Of a stretch of 64,000 bases of DNA, positions 1 to 9,188 are shown piece by piece. Position numbers and translations under genes: made by a program. Under the pieces are notes generated by a model. The model was given only the letters and a program-made list of their open reading frames with translations, searched no databases and had not been told where the DNA came from. Numbering within the stretch: position 1 is the stretch's first letter; every line of letters starts with the position of its first letter. Origin of the DNA: Spirochaetaceae bacterium (GTDB lineage Bacteria > Spirochaetota > Spirochaetia > DSM-2461); contig JAOPTT010000003.1 in the NCBI GenBank assembly GCA_051531975.1, positions 192,001 to 256,000 of the forward strand. Reading direction: 5' to 3'.

Positions 1-156
1 AATAAAACAATTAAAATTCCTGCCAATTAAGTATAATCAATGCTTGTGAATTGACCATTTTCCCTATAATATATAACCAGTAATATAAACTTATTACACA
101 ATAAATCCGCTGTATCCCCCCATACAGTGGGTTTAGTTTTATAAGGAGTATCGAAA

Positions 157-2772
157 ATGATAATAAGTAACAGTGATTTAAATCCTAGTGGCTGCGCTGA
201 TTTTGATAACATACGCCAATCTGTTAAGGAAAATCCTACAACAGGAAAAGATGCTTCTTATAGAACTTTAAACCTCTATATGTGGTTAGGGGCTCTTCAG
301 CAACAAGGCGCTGATCTGAGGGAATTCTTTGATATGGATAATGAGTATTATTCCTTAGAAACGCTGGTAAACAGAGGTGACTTAGATTCAATAAAACAGA
401 TGAATACCTGGGTTGATAATGCCTACTCTATGATGGAAGATATTCAAACAAAACTTACTAAAAATGGTCCGCTTCATACCCCTTATGAGGCTAATATTCT
501 CCCAGATGAAAAAAACTCAACTACAACTCCTGGGGATAGGAAAAACTGGCCCAGCTTTCAGGGAAATATATCCAATACGGGAAGCATTAATGCTCCAGGA
601 GCACAAATAGGGAGAAATGCCTGGAAATTCCCCGCCTCTCTAGGTTGGTATTGCCGACCCCTTATTGAAGATAATAAAATTTATGTTACCTCTCCTGGTA
701 TGAGGACAACATGTTTCTGTCTGGATGGTGATTCTGGTGAAGTTCTCTGGAAATCAGGACAGACTCATCCCCTATTTGGTATCTATAAATATCCGGCCAT
801 GATGTCCACACCACTAAGTATTGGTAATCAGATAGTGCTGAAAGAGGTTAATAGCCATGGAGGTAATGATGGGCAGGCAAGAAACCTTGTCTTTTTAGAT
901 AAAGAATCAGGGAAGGTAAACTCCAAAAGCTTTGCGGGACACATAGACTATAGGACCCAATATGCTCCTGTGGCGACTAATGGAGATTATATCGTTTATC
1001 CCTTTGGAATCCATGATATCTATTCGTCCCCTGCTGTCTGTCAAAATCTAAACAGACTAGTTTGTACCGATGCTGAGAACAGAGAGAAAAAATGGGATTT
1101 CAACGTTGGAGATATGGATATCCTTGCCGAACCGGTTCTTAATAAGACCACTGTCTTTCAGGGGACTACTGATAACTACATGTATGCCATGGATCTGGAA
1201 ACAGGGGACATGGTTTGGAAATTTCAAGCCAAAGCCCCTATTAATACTCAGGTGGTAAATGAAAAAGGTATTGTCTATTTTACCGCCAATGACGGAATAT
1301 GTTACGCCTTGAATGAAAAAGACGGTTCCCTAATTTGGCAGATTCAACTTGAAGAACCAACACAGAATAGCCGTAAACAATTCAGCACCCTGGTTATTTT
1401 TAATGACTCTGCTTATACAGGATCATCAAAATCAATATTGTACTGTTTAAACCTCCAGGATGGTAACATCCTGTGGCAATCAGAAACACCTGATTGGGTT
1501 CGTTCCAGACCAGTGATATTGAAAGATCGGGTAATTGCCGCTTGCTTAGACGGCACTGTTATCAGTTTCGATTTACAAGGCAGATTATTATACAAAAAGA
1601 AAATCTCTACCCATCCCATATTAGCAGATTTATCTAAATACAGAGATAATATTCTTGTGACTGATGGAAATCTGGGACTTTACAAAATAGATCCCCAGGG
1701 AAATATTCTCTGGGAAAGAACGATACTTGAATCATTTAATGATAATGATGGTAATAAAATATTCAGCGATACTCTTTCTGGAGGAACCTATTATCAATCC
1801 AAACCAACAGCTGCTAATGGAATAGTCTATTTTGGTACCCATGCTGGCCTATTGTATGGGGTTGATTCCGGCACGGGACAAGCATTATGGAAATTTGAAA
1901 TGGGAGGAGCTATCTCTGTAGGTGCTGCCTATTATGAAGGTAAACTTTATGTTGGCCAACAGGGAGGTGAACGCTTCTTTTACTGTTTAGATGCAAAAGA
2001 TGGAAGCCTTATCTGGAAAAAGGCCCTTCCAGGAGGATGGGTTTGGGGTTCTGCCTGTGTTGATGACGGTATGGTTTATATTCCCACTGTGGATGGTCAT
2101 GCGGTTTGTATGGAAGCAAATACTGGACATATTGTATGGATGTATCCCACGGCTAAGTCAGTACCTTCTGAGCCAGCTATAGATGGGGATCTTGTCTATT
2201 TTGGTTCATGGAGTCAAACTCTCTATGCTTTTCATAAAAAAACAGGGGATATCGTTTGGAAACAGAATGGCATACGCCTGGATTCGGGAACACTTATTGC
2301 ATTTCAGGGAAAGGTTTATGTGCCCCATCATAAAAATATTTTTATGGCCATGGATGCCAAAACCGGAAATATTATCTGTTCAGGGAATCATAATAAACAG
2401 GAAAAAGGGAACTACTCTGATTTTAATGCCACTCCCTGTTTCAGAGATAACAAGGCATATTTTTCAGCCCGTGTAGGCCTAGGTCTTCATGGCGTCCCCT
2501 TATATACAAAACTCTTTTGCGTGGATCCCGACAATGCCGATATTTTATGGAATTACCCAGATGGTGGAGGTATCTCTGCCCCCGCTTTATCTAATAATCA
2601 CCTCTACATAGCATCTGGATCAATGCCTTACCTACACGCCCTAGATCCTGAAACAGGAGAACCAAAATGGATATACAAAATGGGTCATAGAATGGAGGAG
2701 TCAACTCTATGTATTTATGGAAATTCCCTATACGCCCTGTCCAGTGATGGTTTTGTTCATGCCATAATATGA
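157..2772 (+). CDS. PQQ-binding-like (BamB-type) multi-beta-propeller repeat protein
   Basis: 871 aa with many 'YAxDxxTGxxxW' PQQ-type repeats (YAMDLETGDMVWKF, YGVDSGTGQALWKF, HALDPETGEPKWIY) and a WPSFQGN motif. RBS AAGGAG upstream; no obvious signal peptide. Confidence 0.85.
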   Translation: MIISNSDLNPSGCADFDNIRQSVKENPTTGKDASYRTLNLYMWLGALQQQGADLREFFDMDNEYYSLETLVNRGDLDSIKQMNTWVDNAYSMMEDIQTKLTKNGPLHTPYEANILPDEKNSTTTPGDRKNWPSFQGNISNTGSINAPGAQIGRNAWKFPASLGWYCRPLIEDNKIYVTSPGMRTTCFCLDGDSGEVLWKSGQTHPLFGIYKYPAMMSTPLSIGNQIVLKEVNSHGGNDGQARNLVFLDKESGKVNSKSFAGHIDYRTQYAPVATNGDYIVYPFGIHDIYSSPAVCQNLNRLVCTDAENREKKWDFNVGDMDILAEPVLNKTTVFQGTTDNYMYAMDLETGDMVWKFQAKAPINTQVVNEKGIVYFTANDGICYALNEKDGSLIWQIQLEEPTQNSRKQFSTLVIFNDSAYTGSSKSILYCLNLQDGNILWQSETPDWVRSRPVILKDRVIAACLDGTVISFDLQGRLLYKKKISTHPILADLSKYRDNILVTDGNLGLYKIDPQGNILWERTILESFNDNDGNKIFSDTLSGGTYYQSKPTAANGIVYFGTHAGLLYGVDSGTGQALWKFEMGGAISVGAAYYEGKLYVGQQGGERFFYCLDAKDGSLIWKKALPGGWVWGSACVDDGMVYIPTVDGHAVCMEANTGHIVWMYPTAKSVPSEPAIDGDLVYFGSWSQTLYAFHKKTGDIVWKQNGIRLDSGTLIAFQGKVYVPHHKNIFMAMDAKTGNIICSGNHNKQEKGNYSDFNATPCFRDNKAYFSARVGLGLHGVPLYTKLFCVDPDNADILWNYPDGGGISAPALSNNHLYIASGSMPYLHALDPETGEPKWIYKMGHRMEESTLCIYGNSLYALSSDGFVHAII

Positions 2773-2778
2773 TATTTT

Positions 2779-3285
2779 TTAAAGCGCAGATTTAATTGTA
2801 TCTATAGAGATCACAAGTGTTAATGGATTATCTTCCAATGCTATAAAGCCATATCTTAGATAAAAATCTTTAGCTTTCTCATTCAATGCATCTACAATAA
2901 TAAATTTTATATCAACATCTATAGAAATTCTAATAGCTCTAATAAATGAATCCCTTAATAAATAAGCACCAATATTTTTCCCATGGTATTTCTCATCCAC
3001 AGCCAATTTTCCAATTCTCATGGCTGGAACCGGATACTTAGGTAAACCTTTTTTCATTTCATCTGGTAATTCTTTAAAATATACTTGAGCCATACTTACT
3101 GTATAATAACCTACCAAAATATCAATATTATCTTTTAGAATAGCAACAAAAGTTTTACCAATATTCTTTTTATCATTTGGGATAGAGAACTGACTGAGGT
3201 ATTTATTTAATTCATTGATACCACAATTAAAATCTTTAAGCTTAAGTTTTTTTGATACAGGTACAATTTCTATATTTAGTGCCAT
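2779..3285 (-). CDS. GNAT acetyltransferase toxin (AtaT/TacT-like) of a type II TA pair
   Basis: Motifs FNCG..LNKYL, GYYT, IGKLAVD..HGKNIG, VDALNEKAKDFY..YGF; lies immediately downstream of a DUF1778 gene. Confidence 0.9.
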   Translation of the reverse strand: MALNIEIVPVSKKLKLKDFNCGINELNKYLSQFSIPNDKKNIGKTFVAILKDNIDILVGYYTVSMAQVYFKELPDEMKKGLPKYPVPAMRIGKLAVDEKYHGKNIGAYLLRDSFIRAIRISIDVDIKFIIVDALNEKAKDFYLRYGFIALEDNPLTLVISIDTIKSAL

Positions 3286-3287
3286 TA

Positions 3288-3545
3288 TTACAGTTCTAGC
3301 TTAAATAATTTTTTAAGATTTTCATTTGGAGCAGGAGGATTAGTTATTAAAGAATAAAAGACATCTCTATCTTTATCAGCTAAATGAAGAGATTCAATTT
3401 CTTCAATATCTTTCTTAGCAGAATCAAGTGTTTTATTCAAAATATATGATGATAATGTTTGACCAGTTATCATTGCAGCTTTTTCAATTAATTGTTTATT
3501 ATTAATATCTGTCCTGAATTCTATTCTTGTAGTTTTAGTAGTCAT
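3288..3545 (-). CDS. DUF1778 (RHH) antitoxin, AtaR/TacA-like
   Basis: 85 aa with RIEFR...KQLIEKAA..GQTLSSYI and C-terminal NPPAPNENL; 2 bp before the toxin start. Confidence 0.9.
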   Translation of the reverse strand: MTTKTTRIEFRTDINNKQLIEKAAMITGQTLSSYILNKTLDSAKKDIEEIESLHLADKDRDVFYSLITNPPAPNENLKKLFKLEL

Positions 3546-3574
3546 AATAACCTCTTAATTATATTATATGACCA

Positions 3575-3591
3575 TGTACGGCATTTGTACA
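3575..3591. promoter_or_regulatory. Putative autoregulatory operator of the GNAT/DUF1778 TA operon
   Basis: Inverted repeat TGTAC-N7-GTACA about 30 bp upstream of the antitoxin start; RHH antitoxins typically autorepress. Confidence 0.45.
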
Positions 3592-3627
3592 CACATCAAA
3601 CAGTGTTTTGAATAAAACTAATATATT

Positions 3628-3655
3628 TAATACTGACAGGTTTATGTCAGTATTA
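3628..3655. promoter_or_regulatory. Putative WYL (YafY-family) regulator binding site
   Basis: Perfect inverted repeat TAATACTGACA-ggttta-TGTCAGTATTA, 18 bp upstream of the hydrolase-WYL operon. Confidence 0.7.
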
Positions 3656-3673
3656 GCTCTATAAGATACGCTT

Positions 3674-4615
3674 ATGAGTTATATAGAATTTAGAAAAGTA
3701 GACAAGAAAGTAGATGAGTTGGTTGATAGTGGTATGTATAAAGAGGCTATAGCATTATTAGAAATTGGGTTTGAAAAATGTCCTGAATATAAAATTGATA
3801 TATATAATTTTATTGCCGACTGCTATGATTTATTAGGAGATAATGAAAAGTTATATTCAATGCTTTTAGAAGGTACAGAGAGAGGTTATTATTTACCACT
3901 GCAATCTTCTATTTGGGATAAGGCAAAAAAGTTTGAGGGGTTTTCTGAAATTGAAAAGAAAAACGAAGTAATAAAAAAGAGATATATAAAAGAGTGTAAA
4001 TTAAAATATGAGATTTTAACTCCAAAAGGTTATTCAACAGAAAAAGAGTATCCACTGTTTATAGCACTACACGGTGATGGTTTTTTGTGTAATATTGATA
4101 CCTTTAAACAGCAATGGGAACCAGAACATATGCTTAATGAAGGTTTTATAGTTATGTATATTCAATCTTCTATCCCCTATTGTTATAATGGTTTCTGTTG
4201 GAATAAAGATATAAAACAATCTACAAAAGAGATAATGGAATGTTATAGGGTTGTCACAACTGAGTATTCGGTAAATATAAACTCGGTTTTATTAGGTGGT
4301 TTCTCAGGTGGTGCTATGGCTTCACTTCGTTATTTGATGAATGATATATTTCCAATAAAAGGTATAATAGGACTTTCTCCATCAAGAATTCCTGAAACAA
4401 CAGAAGAGAATATTAAAAATATATCATCTAAAGATGTAAAGATAGTAATCATGGAAGGGGAGTTATCTGGGAAGCAGGAATATCAAGAAGAGTTAATATC
4501 TGTCTTCAATAAATATAATATTAAAAACAGATATATAAAAATACCTGGTGTATCACATCAGATTCCTGATGATTTTCCTGAACTAAATGATATGATAAAA
4601 TACATTATGAGTTAA
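3674..4615 (+). CDS. Alpha/beta hydrolase (esterase-like) with an N-terminal TPR-like helical domain
   Basis: YPLFIALHG, nucleophile elbow GFSGG and C-terminal GVSH; helical N-terminus. Confidence 0.75.
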   Translation: MSYIEFRKVDKKVDELVDSGMYKEAIALLEIGFEKCPEYKIDIYNFIADCYDLLGDNEKLYSMLLEGTERGYYLPLQSSIWDKAKKFEGFSEIEKKNEVIKKRYIKECKLKYEILTPKGYSTEKEYPLFIALHGDGFLCNIDTFKQQWEPEHMLNEGFIVMYIQSSIPYCYNGFCWNKDIKQSTKEIMECYRVVTTEYSVNINSVLLGGFSGGAMASLRYLMNDIFPIKGIIGLSPSRIPETTEENIKNISSKDVKIVIMEGELSGKQEYQEELISVFNKYNIKNRYIKIPGVSHQIPDDFPELNDMIKYIMS

Positions 4616-4628
4616 TTATAGGAAAACA

Positions 4629-5600
4629 ATGAAAAAAATTGAAAGGTTATTAACCATAGTTTTAGCTTTAAAGAATTATGGGAAAATGACTGCAAAAGAT
4701 CTATCAAACTTAATTGAAGTTAATATAAGAACTATCTACAGGGACATGGATGCTATTTCACAAATGGACATACCACTAATAGCATCACCTGGTAGTGCTG
4801 GAGGATATGAAATAATGGAAAGTTATTTCATACCTTCAATCTCCCTAACTAAAGATGAAATATTAGCCCTTCTAATTTCAAAAAAGCTAATTGATACTGT
4901 AGAAATCCCAGGTTTCGGTTCATCAATTACATCATCGTTCTTAAAGATTCAAAATCTTGTTAATAACGATGATATGAAAGATCATAAAAAAATATTAGAG
5001 AGAATTGATTTTAATATTATTGAGCAGAAACCTAAAAAAACTGACTTTTTCCACCTTATAAAAGAGAGCTTTTTACTGAAAAAAACATTATTAATAAATT
5101 ATTATTCACCTAAAAAAATGATTAGTGAAACAAGGGAGATAATACCCTATGTTCTTCATTTTGATGATGGATGTTGGTACCTTATTTCAAAGTGTAAAAA
5201 CAGAGATTCAGAAAGGACTTTTAGACTTGATAGAATTCTAAATATTGAATTAACAGATAATGACTATGTTATCCCAGAAGATTTTGATATCAATAAATTT
5301 AACTATGTTGATTCATTTAAGAAGGATGCTGATAGTCCTGATGGGGTGGATATTATATTAAAGTTAACAAAACCAAGGTATGAAATAGATAAAAACAAGC
5401 TTTTATTTCAGTACCGTAAGGTAGTAGAAAAAGATGATCACTATCTTATATACACCAAATCAACCTACCCTAACGATTACCTTTTTTATGCCCTTAAGAA
5501 TTACAGGAATTCTGAGATAATTAGTCCTGATAATTTAAGGGACAAATTGAAAGAGAAATTAACTGAAAGGTTTAATGTTACCATGGAGAAATACTCATAA
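4629..5600 (+). CDS. YafY-family HTH-WYL transcriptional regulator
   Basis: N-terminal wHTH (VNIRTIYRDMDAI...GGY) and WYL domain (REIIPY...WYL...RTFRLDRI). Confidence 0.92.
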   Translation: MKKIERLLTIVLALKNYGKMTAKDLSNLIEVNIRTIYRDMDAISQMDIPLIASPGSAGGYEIMESYFIPSISLTKDEILALLISKKLIDTVEIPGFGSSITSSFLKIQNLVNNDDMKDHKKILERIDFNIIEQKPKKTDFFHLIKESFLLKKTLLINYYSPKKMISETREIIPYVLHFDDGCWYLISKCKNRDSERTFRLDRILNIELTDNDYVIPEDFDINKFNYVDSFKKDADSPDGVDIILKLTKPRYEIDKNKLLFQYRKVVEKDDHYLIYTKSTYPNDYLFYALKNYRNSEIISPDNLRDKLKEKLTERFNVTMEKYS

Positions 5601-5630
5601 TAAGTGACCTTCGACTTTTTTGTAATAATA

Positions 5631-5716
5631 TTTACCCCGAAGGGTTGGCGGAGTCTTTGCATTTTATATGTATAGATTGTGACAATAACTTTTCTTTTCC
5701 AATTTCTTAGTTATCT
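5631..5716 (-). repeat. Truncated attC-like palindrome (copy C)
   Basis: 5631-5702 matches 12929-13000 at 65/72 nt. It keeps the gene-proximal box (GTTATCT at 5710-5716 on +) but lacks the distal arm; 24 bp downstream of the brnA stop. Confidence 0.7.
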
Positions 5717-5740
5717 GAGAATCAGATTGTTTTATTCTTT

Positions 5741-5989
5741 TTAGGCATGATGTGCTTCAACATAGCTTCTTAATATATTATTTATTTTAGATTGATAACC
5801 TCGACCATCTGATTTGAAATAGTCAATTATATCCTGATCTAATCTTATGCTTATTGCTTTTTTTTGCTTAGGGTATACAGGCTTTACATTATCCCAAAAG
5901 GTTTTATCTAATTCAGGTATATCTGAATAATCAATATCATCATTTTTTATTGCTTTTATTTCTTGTATTCTTTTTTTATCGATATTCAT
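5741..5989 (-). CDS. brnA: BrnA antitoxin
   Basis: IDYSDIPEL...ISIRLDQDIIDYFK..GRGYQSKINNILR. Start set to MNIDKK (5989), downstream of a GAGGAG RBS. Confidence 0.9.
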   Translation of the reverse strand: MNIDKKRIQEIKAIKNDDIDYSDIPELDKTFWDNVKPVYPKQKKAISIRLDQDIIDYFKSDGRGYQSKINNILRSYVEAHHA

Positions 5990-6248
5990 AATATTTACTC
6001 CTCTCTCGATCATTAGCTTTTCTTGCAGATATAATCCTTATATTGCCAAATCTGTCGGTATGAACAAGAACTAAAACAATATCTTTGCTAATTTCTCCAA
6101 TTGTTATTTCTCTGGTTTCTCCATAATTTTTTCTTTCATCTACCCAAGTCAAACAATCACTTCGAAAAACTTCTACAGCTTCCTCAAAATAAATACCATG
6201 TTTCTCATAATTAGATTGGTTTTTATTTTCATCCCATTCAAACTTCAT
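5976..6248 (-). CDS. brnT: BrnT ribonuclease toxin
   Basis: MKFEWDENKNQSNYEKHGIYFEEA...YGETR...RIISARKA, the canonical BrnT signature; overlaps the brnA start. Confidence 0.93.
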   Translation of the reverse strand: MKFEWDENKNQSNYEKHGIYFEEAVEVFRSDCLTWVDERKNYGETREITIGEISKDIVLVLVHTDRFGNIRIISARKANDRERSKYYEYR

Positions 6249-6255
6249 ACTTAAT

Positions 6256-6274
6256 TATATACATTTTGTATATA
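6256..6274. promoter_or_regulatory. Putative BrnA operator
   Basis: Inverted repeat TATATACA-ttt-TGTATATA 7 bp upstream of the brnT start. Confidence 0.5.
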
Positions 6275-6545
6275 CAATTCAATCTTGAAAAACTCCATTC
6301 CACATTTTTAATAAGAATCTGAATATTAAAAGGGCACATTTGTATTGGTTTACCGTAGGTTTAATACTTTTTAGGAATAATTTAGAGTGCTTCCATATCA
6401 TTAAAAAGAAAAGTCTTGATTTAAGGATCACTTTACAAGTTACTACATCTAAACTATATTTTAGAATGGATAATCTTTTAATTCGGTAAAACTACCAGAG
6501 TTAATACTACGCTGGGTAGTTAACTGATAAATTATAGGATAGATA

Positions 6546-7847
6546 ATGCAACGAAAACTTAATAGTGAAACTCTAAACTCATATCTATACCTAATTAAGT
6601 GGGTTGCAATCTCTCTAATATCTGGAATTGTAGGAGTTGCAACGCTTCAAACATTCACAATACTTTCAAATATAATTACAACAAATATTTCTAATGTTAA
6701 TATACACATAATAGTATGGCCCATATCCGGAGCAATAATTACAGGACTATTAATATACAGATTTGAAATTGGCGCTGCTGGAGAAGGGGTTCCATCCTAT
6801 ATTAAAGGTGTAAAAGATGATGGAGGATATCTCTCTTTCCGTGTCTCATTTTTTAAATTCTTCGCAGCACTATTCACACTTTCAACATATGGAAATGGTG
6901 GAATTGTAGGGCCTTTAGGGCGAGTTTCAGCAGGTATTTCTAATCAAATATTGGGATTAATAAAACCACTTACAAAGAGAATAAATCAAGATGACATTAG
7001 GATTGCTGCAGTTTGTGGGATGTCTGCAATTATGGGTGCAATTTTTCATTCATCAATTGGAGCAGGAGTTTTTGCTGTTGAGATTATACAGAGAAAAAGT
7101 ATTAATTATCGTGATCTATTCCCTTCGATACTTGCAAGTTCAACGGCTGTTTATATCTCAAAGCTACTCGGTTTTGAAAGTTTTTACGGTATAGAAACTG
7201 TCAATACTTTTATGGAATTTGATAAAACAGGGTGGCTTATTATTTTTATAATCGTTGTCGGCTTTATGGGTGGACTGTACAATCAGATATACGGGAAAAT
7301 AACTCATATAATCAGACGTGGGGAAGGAAATATTTTACCAAAACTGATCCTGGGATCACTTGTCGCATTTATAATTTCTTATGCAGTTAACCCTAATCTA
7401 ATTGGTACAAGTAAGCCAATTTTCACAGCATTATACACAGGAGATATTACTGTCATTACAGGCAGACTCACGTCTTTGGACAATGTAGGCTTTTCAATTT
7501 TAATAATTATTATCGCAAAAATCTTAAGTAACTGTATCACCGTTGGAAGTGGTATGAGTGCTGGTTTTACTGGTCCTTCAGCATTAACAGGAATGCTTCT
7601 TGGTGTAGCAGCTACAACATTTTTAGATATTGAAATTGGATCTGCAACCTACTTCGCTTTTATGGCAGCTGGTTTTTCAGGAATGCTTTCAAGTAGTATG
7701 AATGTTCCTCTTGCAGCGGCTATTTTATCTATTGAGATATTTGGTTTACAGTACTCATTTCCAGCTGCAGTATCTGCGATTATTGGTTTTCAGATAATGC
7801 GAGGAAGTACTATTTACGACTTTGCTCTTGGTACTGCAAAAAAGTAA
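6546..7847 (+). CDS. CLC-family anion channel/transporter with atypical filter motifs
   Basis: Polytopic membrane protein with CLC-like motifs GEGVP, GIVGP, FAVEI, SAGFTGP, NVPLAAAILSIE and C-terminal TIY. Confidence 0.85.
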   Translation: MQRKLNSETLNSYLYLIKWVAISLISGIVGVATLQTFTILSNIITTNISNVNIHIIVWPISGAIITGLLIYRFEIGAAGEGVPSYIKGVKDDGGYLSFRVSFFKFFAALFTLSTYGNGGIVGPLGRVSAGISNQILGLIKPLTKRINQDDIRIAAVCGMSAIMGAIFHSSIGAGVFAVEIIQRKSINYRDLFPSILASSTAVYISKLLGFESFYGIETVNTFMEFDKTGWLIIFIIVVGFMGGLYNQIYGKITHIIRRGEGNILPKLILGSLVAFIISYAVNPNLIGTSKPIFTALYTGDITVITGRLTSLDNVGFSILIIIIAKILSNCITVGSGMSAGFTGPSALTGMLLGVAATTFLDIEIGSATYFAFMAAGFSGMLSSSMNVPLAAAILSIEIFGLQYSFPAAVSAIIGFQIMRGSTIYDFALGTAKK

Positions 7848-7901
7848 ATGAGTTATACTTTAACTAAACCGATATAATATATCGTAATAAGGAGTGTTTT
7901 T

Positions 7902-8525
7902 ATGAAAATAATAGTTTTTGGTGCAACAGGTAAAACTGGAATGGATGTAGTCACACAAGCTCTTGAGCAAAATCATTTAGTTACTGCTTTTATACGAAAT
8001 CCAGATAGAATGAGTATTAAACATGATAATTTAACTTTAATAACTGGAGATGCTTTAAATCTTGAAAACGTATCCCAAGGGGTTATAGGTCAAGATGCAG
8101 TTATCTGTACATTAGGATCTGGTAAAAATTTAAAACAAACAAAAATCAGATCTAAGGGTACTGCAAATATCATAGATGCTATGAAACAACATAAATTAAA
8201 GCGTTTAATAGTCATGACAGCTATGGGTGTTGGTGAAAGCTGGAATGATCTTTCACTGATTAATAAGTTCTTTTTTGCAGTTTTGATGAAAAGTATACGA
8301 CAGGATCACGAATTACAGGAAACTTATGTAAAAGAGAGCAAATTAGATTGGACAATTATTAGACCTAGTGGATTAACCGATTCAGTACCTACTGGAATGT
8401 ATAAAGTTGGTGAAAGAATAAAGGCAAAAACTTCTCAAATTTCTAGAGCTGATGTTGCTGGTTTGATTCTAAATGAGATAAATAAGAATGATAACTTACA
8501 TAAGGCAATTACAATAACCAACTAA
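7902..8525 (+). CDS. NAD(P)H-binding atypical SDR (flavin reductase / biliverdin reductase B-like)
   Basis: FGATGKTG Rossmann motif, LDWTIIRP, ISRADVA. Confidence 0.85.
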   Translation: MKIIVFGATGKTGMDVVTQALEQNHLVTAFIRNPDRMSIKHDNLTLITGDALNLENVSQGVIGQDAVICTLGSGKNLKQTKIRSKGTANIIDAMKQHKLKRLIVMTAMGVGESWNDLSLINKFFFAVLMKSIRQDHELQETYVKESKLDWTIIRPSGLTDSVPTGMYKVGERIKAKTSQISRADVAGLILNEINKNDNLHKAITITN

Positions 8526-8613
8526 TAAGATAGTTATTGATCTATCATTAGAGTGGATAAGTAATATTCCAAAAGCTCGTCTACCACTGGGGTTTATTTC
8601 TTATTATATTCTT

Positions 8614-9186
8614 TTAGATCACTTTATATCTCTTTTCATTCCATATTTTTTGTAATGTTTCATTATCCCATACCTGTGCTTCTATATAGAATTCATAATT
8701 TAAGACTTTCTTTTGAATAATTAATTCTTCAAGCTCATTATATAAATATACTTTTGGGTTATTAGTTCTTCTTCCACCAATAATATGACCTTCTTCATCA
8801 TATTCTAATTCATACATACTATCTGGATAAGTAAATGAAATCGTTGATATATCTATTTCATTAATTTCTATACGATATTCAATTCCATTTTTTTGTATAT
8901 CGATCCTTATATCTGTCTCACCTTCTTTGGGTTCTCCTAATATCATGTACACAGGAACAGTACTTTGTGGTGTCCCACCTTTATCTTTCAGGCTTTTATA
9001 TATCCAATGTTCTATTTCCCTTCTATGCAATAAATATTCATCGTCAGCATAAAAGTCTCCAATATTATTTCTCTTACAATGTTTTTTTTTAATACTATTT
9101 GCTTCTTCAATTGATATCTCATTGAGAGAAACAAATGGATATTCACCTATTGGAGCAATTCTAGTTAAATAATTCGGTATAATCAT
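8614..9186 (-). CDS. Hypothetical protein
   Basis: 190-aa ORF starting 2 bp after the serine hydrolase stop; motifs PVYMILG, SFTYPDSM, YIEAQVW. Confidence 0.7.
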   Translation of the reverse strand: MIIPNYLTRIAPIGEYPFVSLNEISIEEANSIKKKHCKRNNIGDFYADDEYLLHRREIEHWIYKSLKDKGGTPQSTVPVYMILGEPKEGETDIRIDIQKNGIEYRIEINEIDISTISFTYPDSMYELEYDEEGHIIGGRRTNNPKVYLYNELEELIIQKKVLNYEFYIEAQVWDNETLQKIWNEKRYKVI

Positions 9187-9188
9187 TT

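Noticed and set aside
6460..6540. Possible fluoride riboswitch upstream of the CLC gene (hairpin AACTACCAG/CTGGGTAGTT, nearby ATGG and CTGAT)
   Set aside because: P1 and the conserved GATGG...TGATG core match poorly, and the protein lacks fluoride-type CLC motifs; an Rfam crcB scan would settle it.
8550..8600. Possible fourth attC remnant after the 8614 gene
   Set aside because: Only a weak AGTGG/CCACT stem; no R boxes and no shared core with copies A-C.
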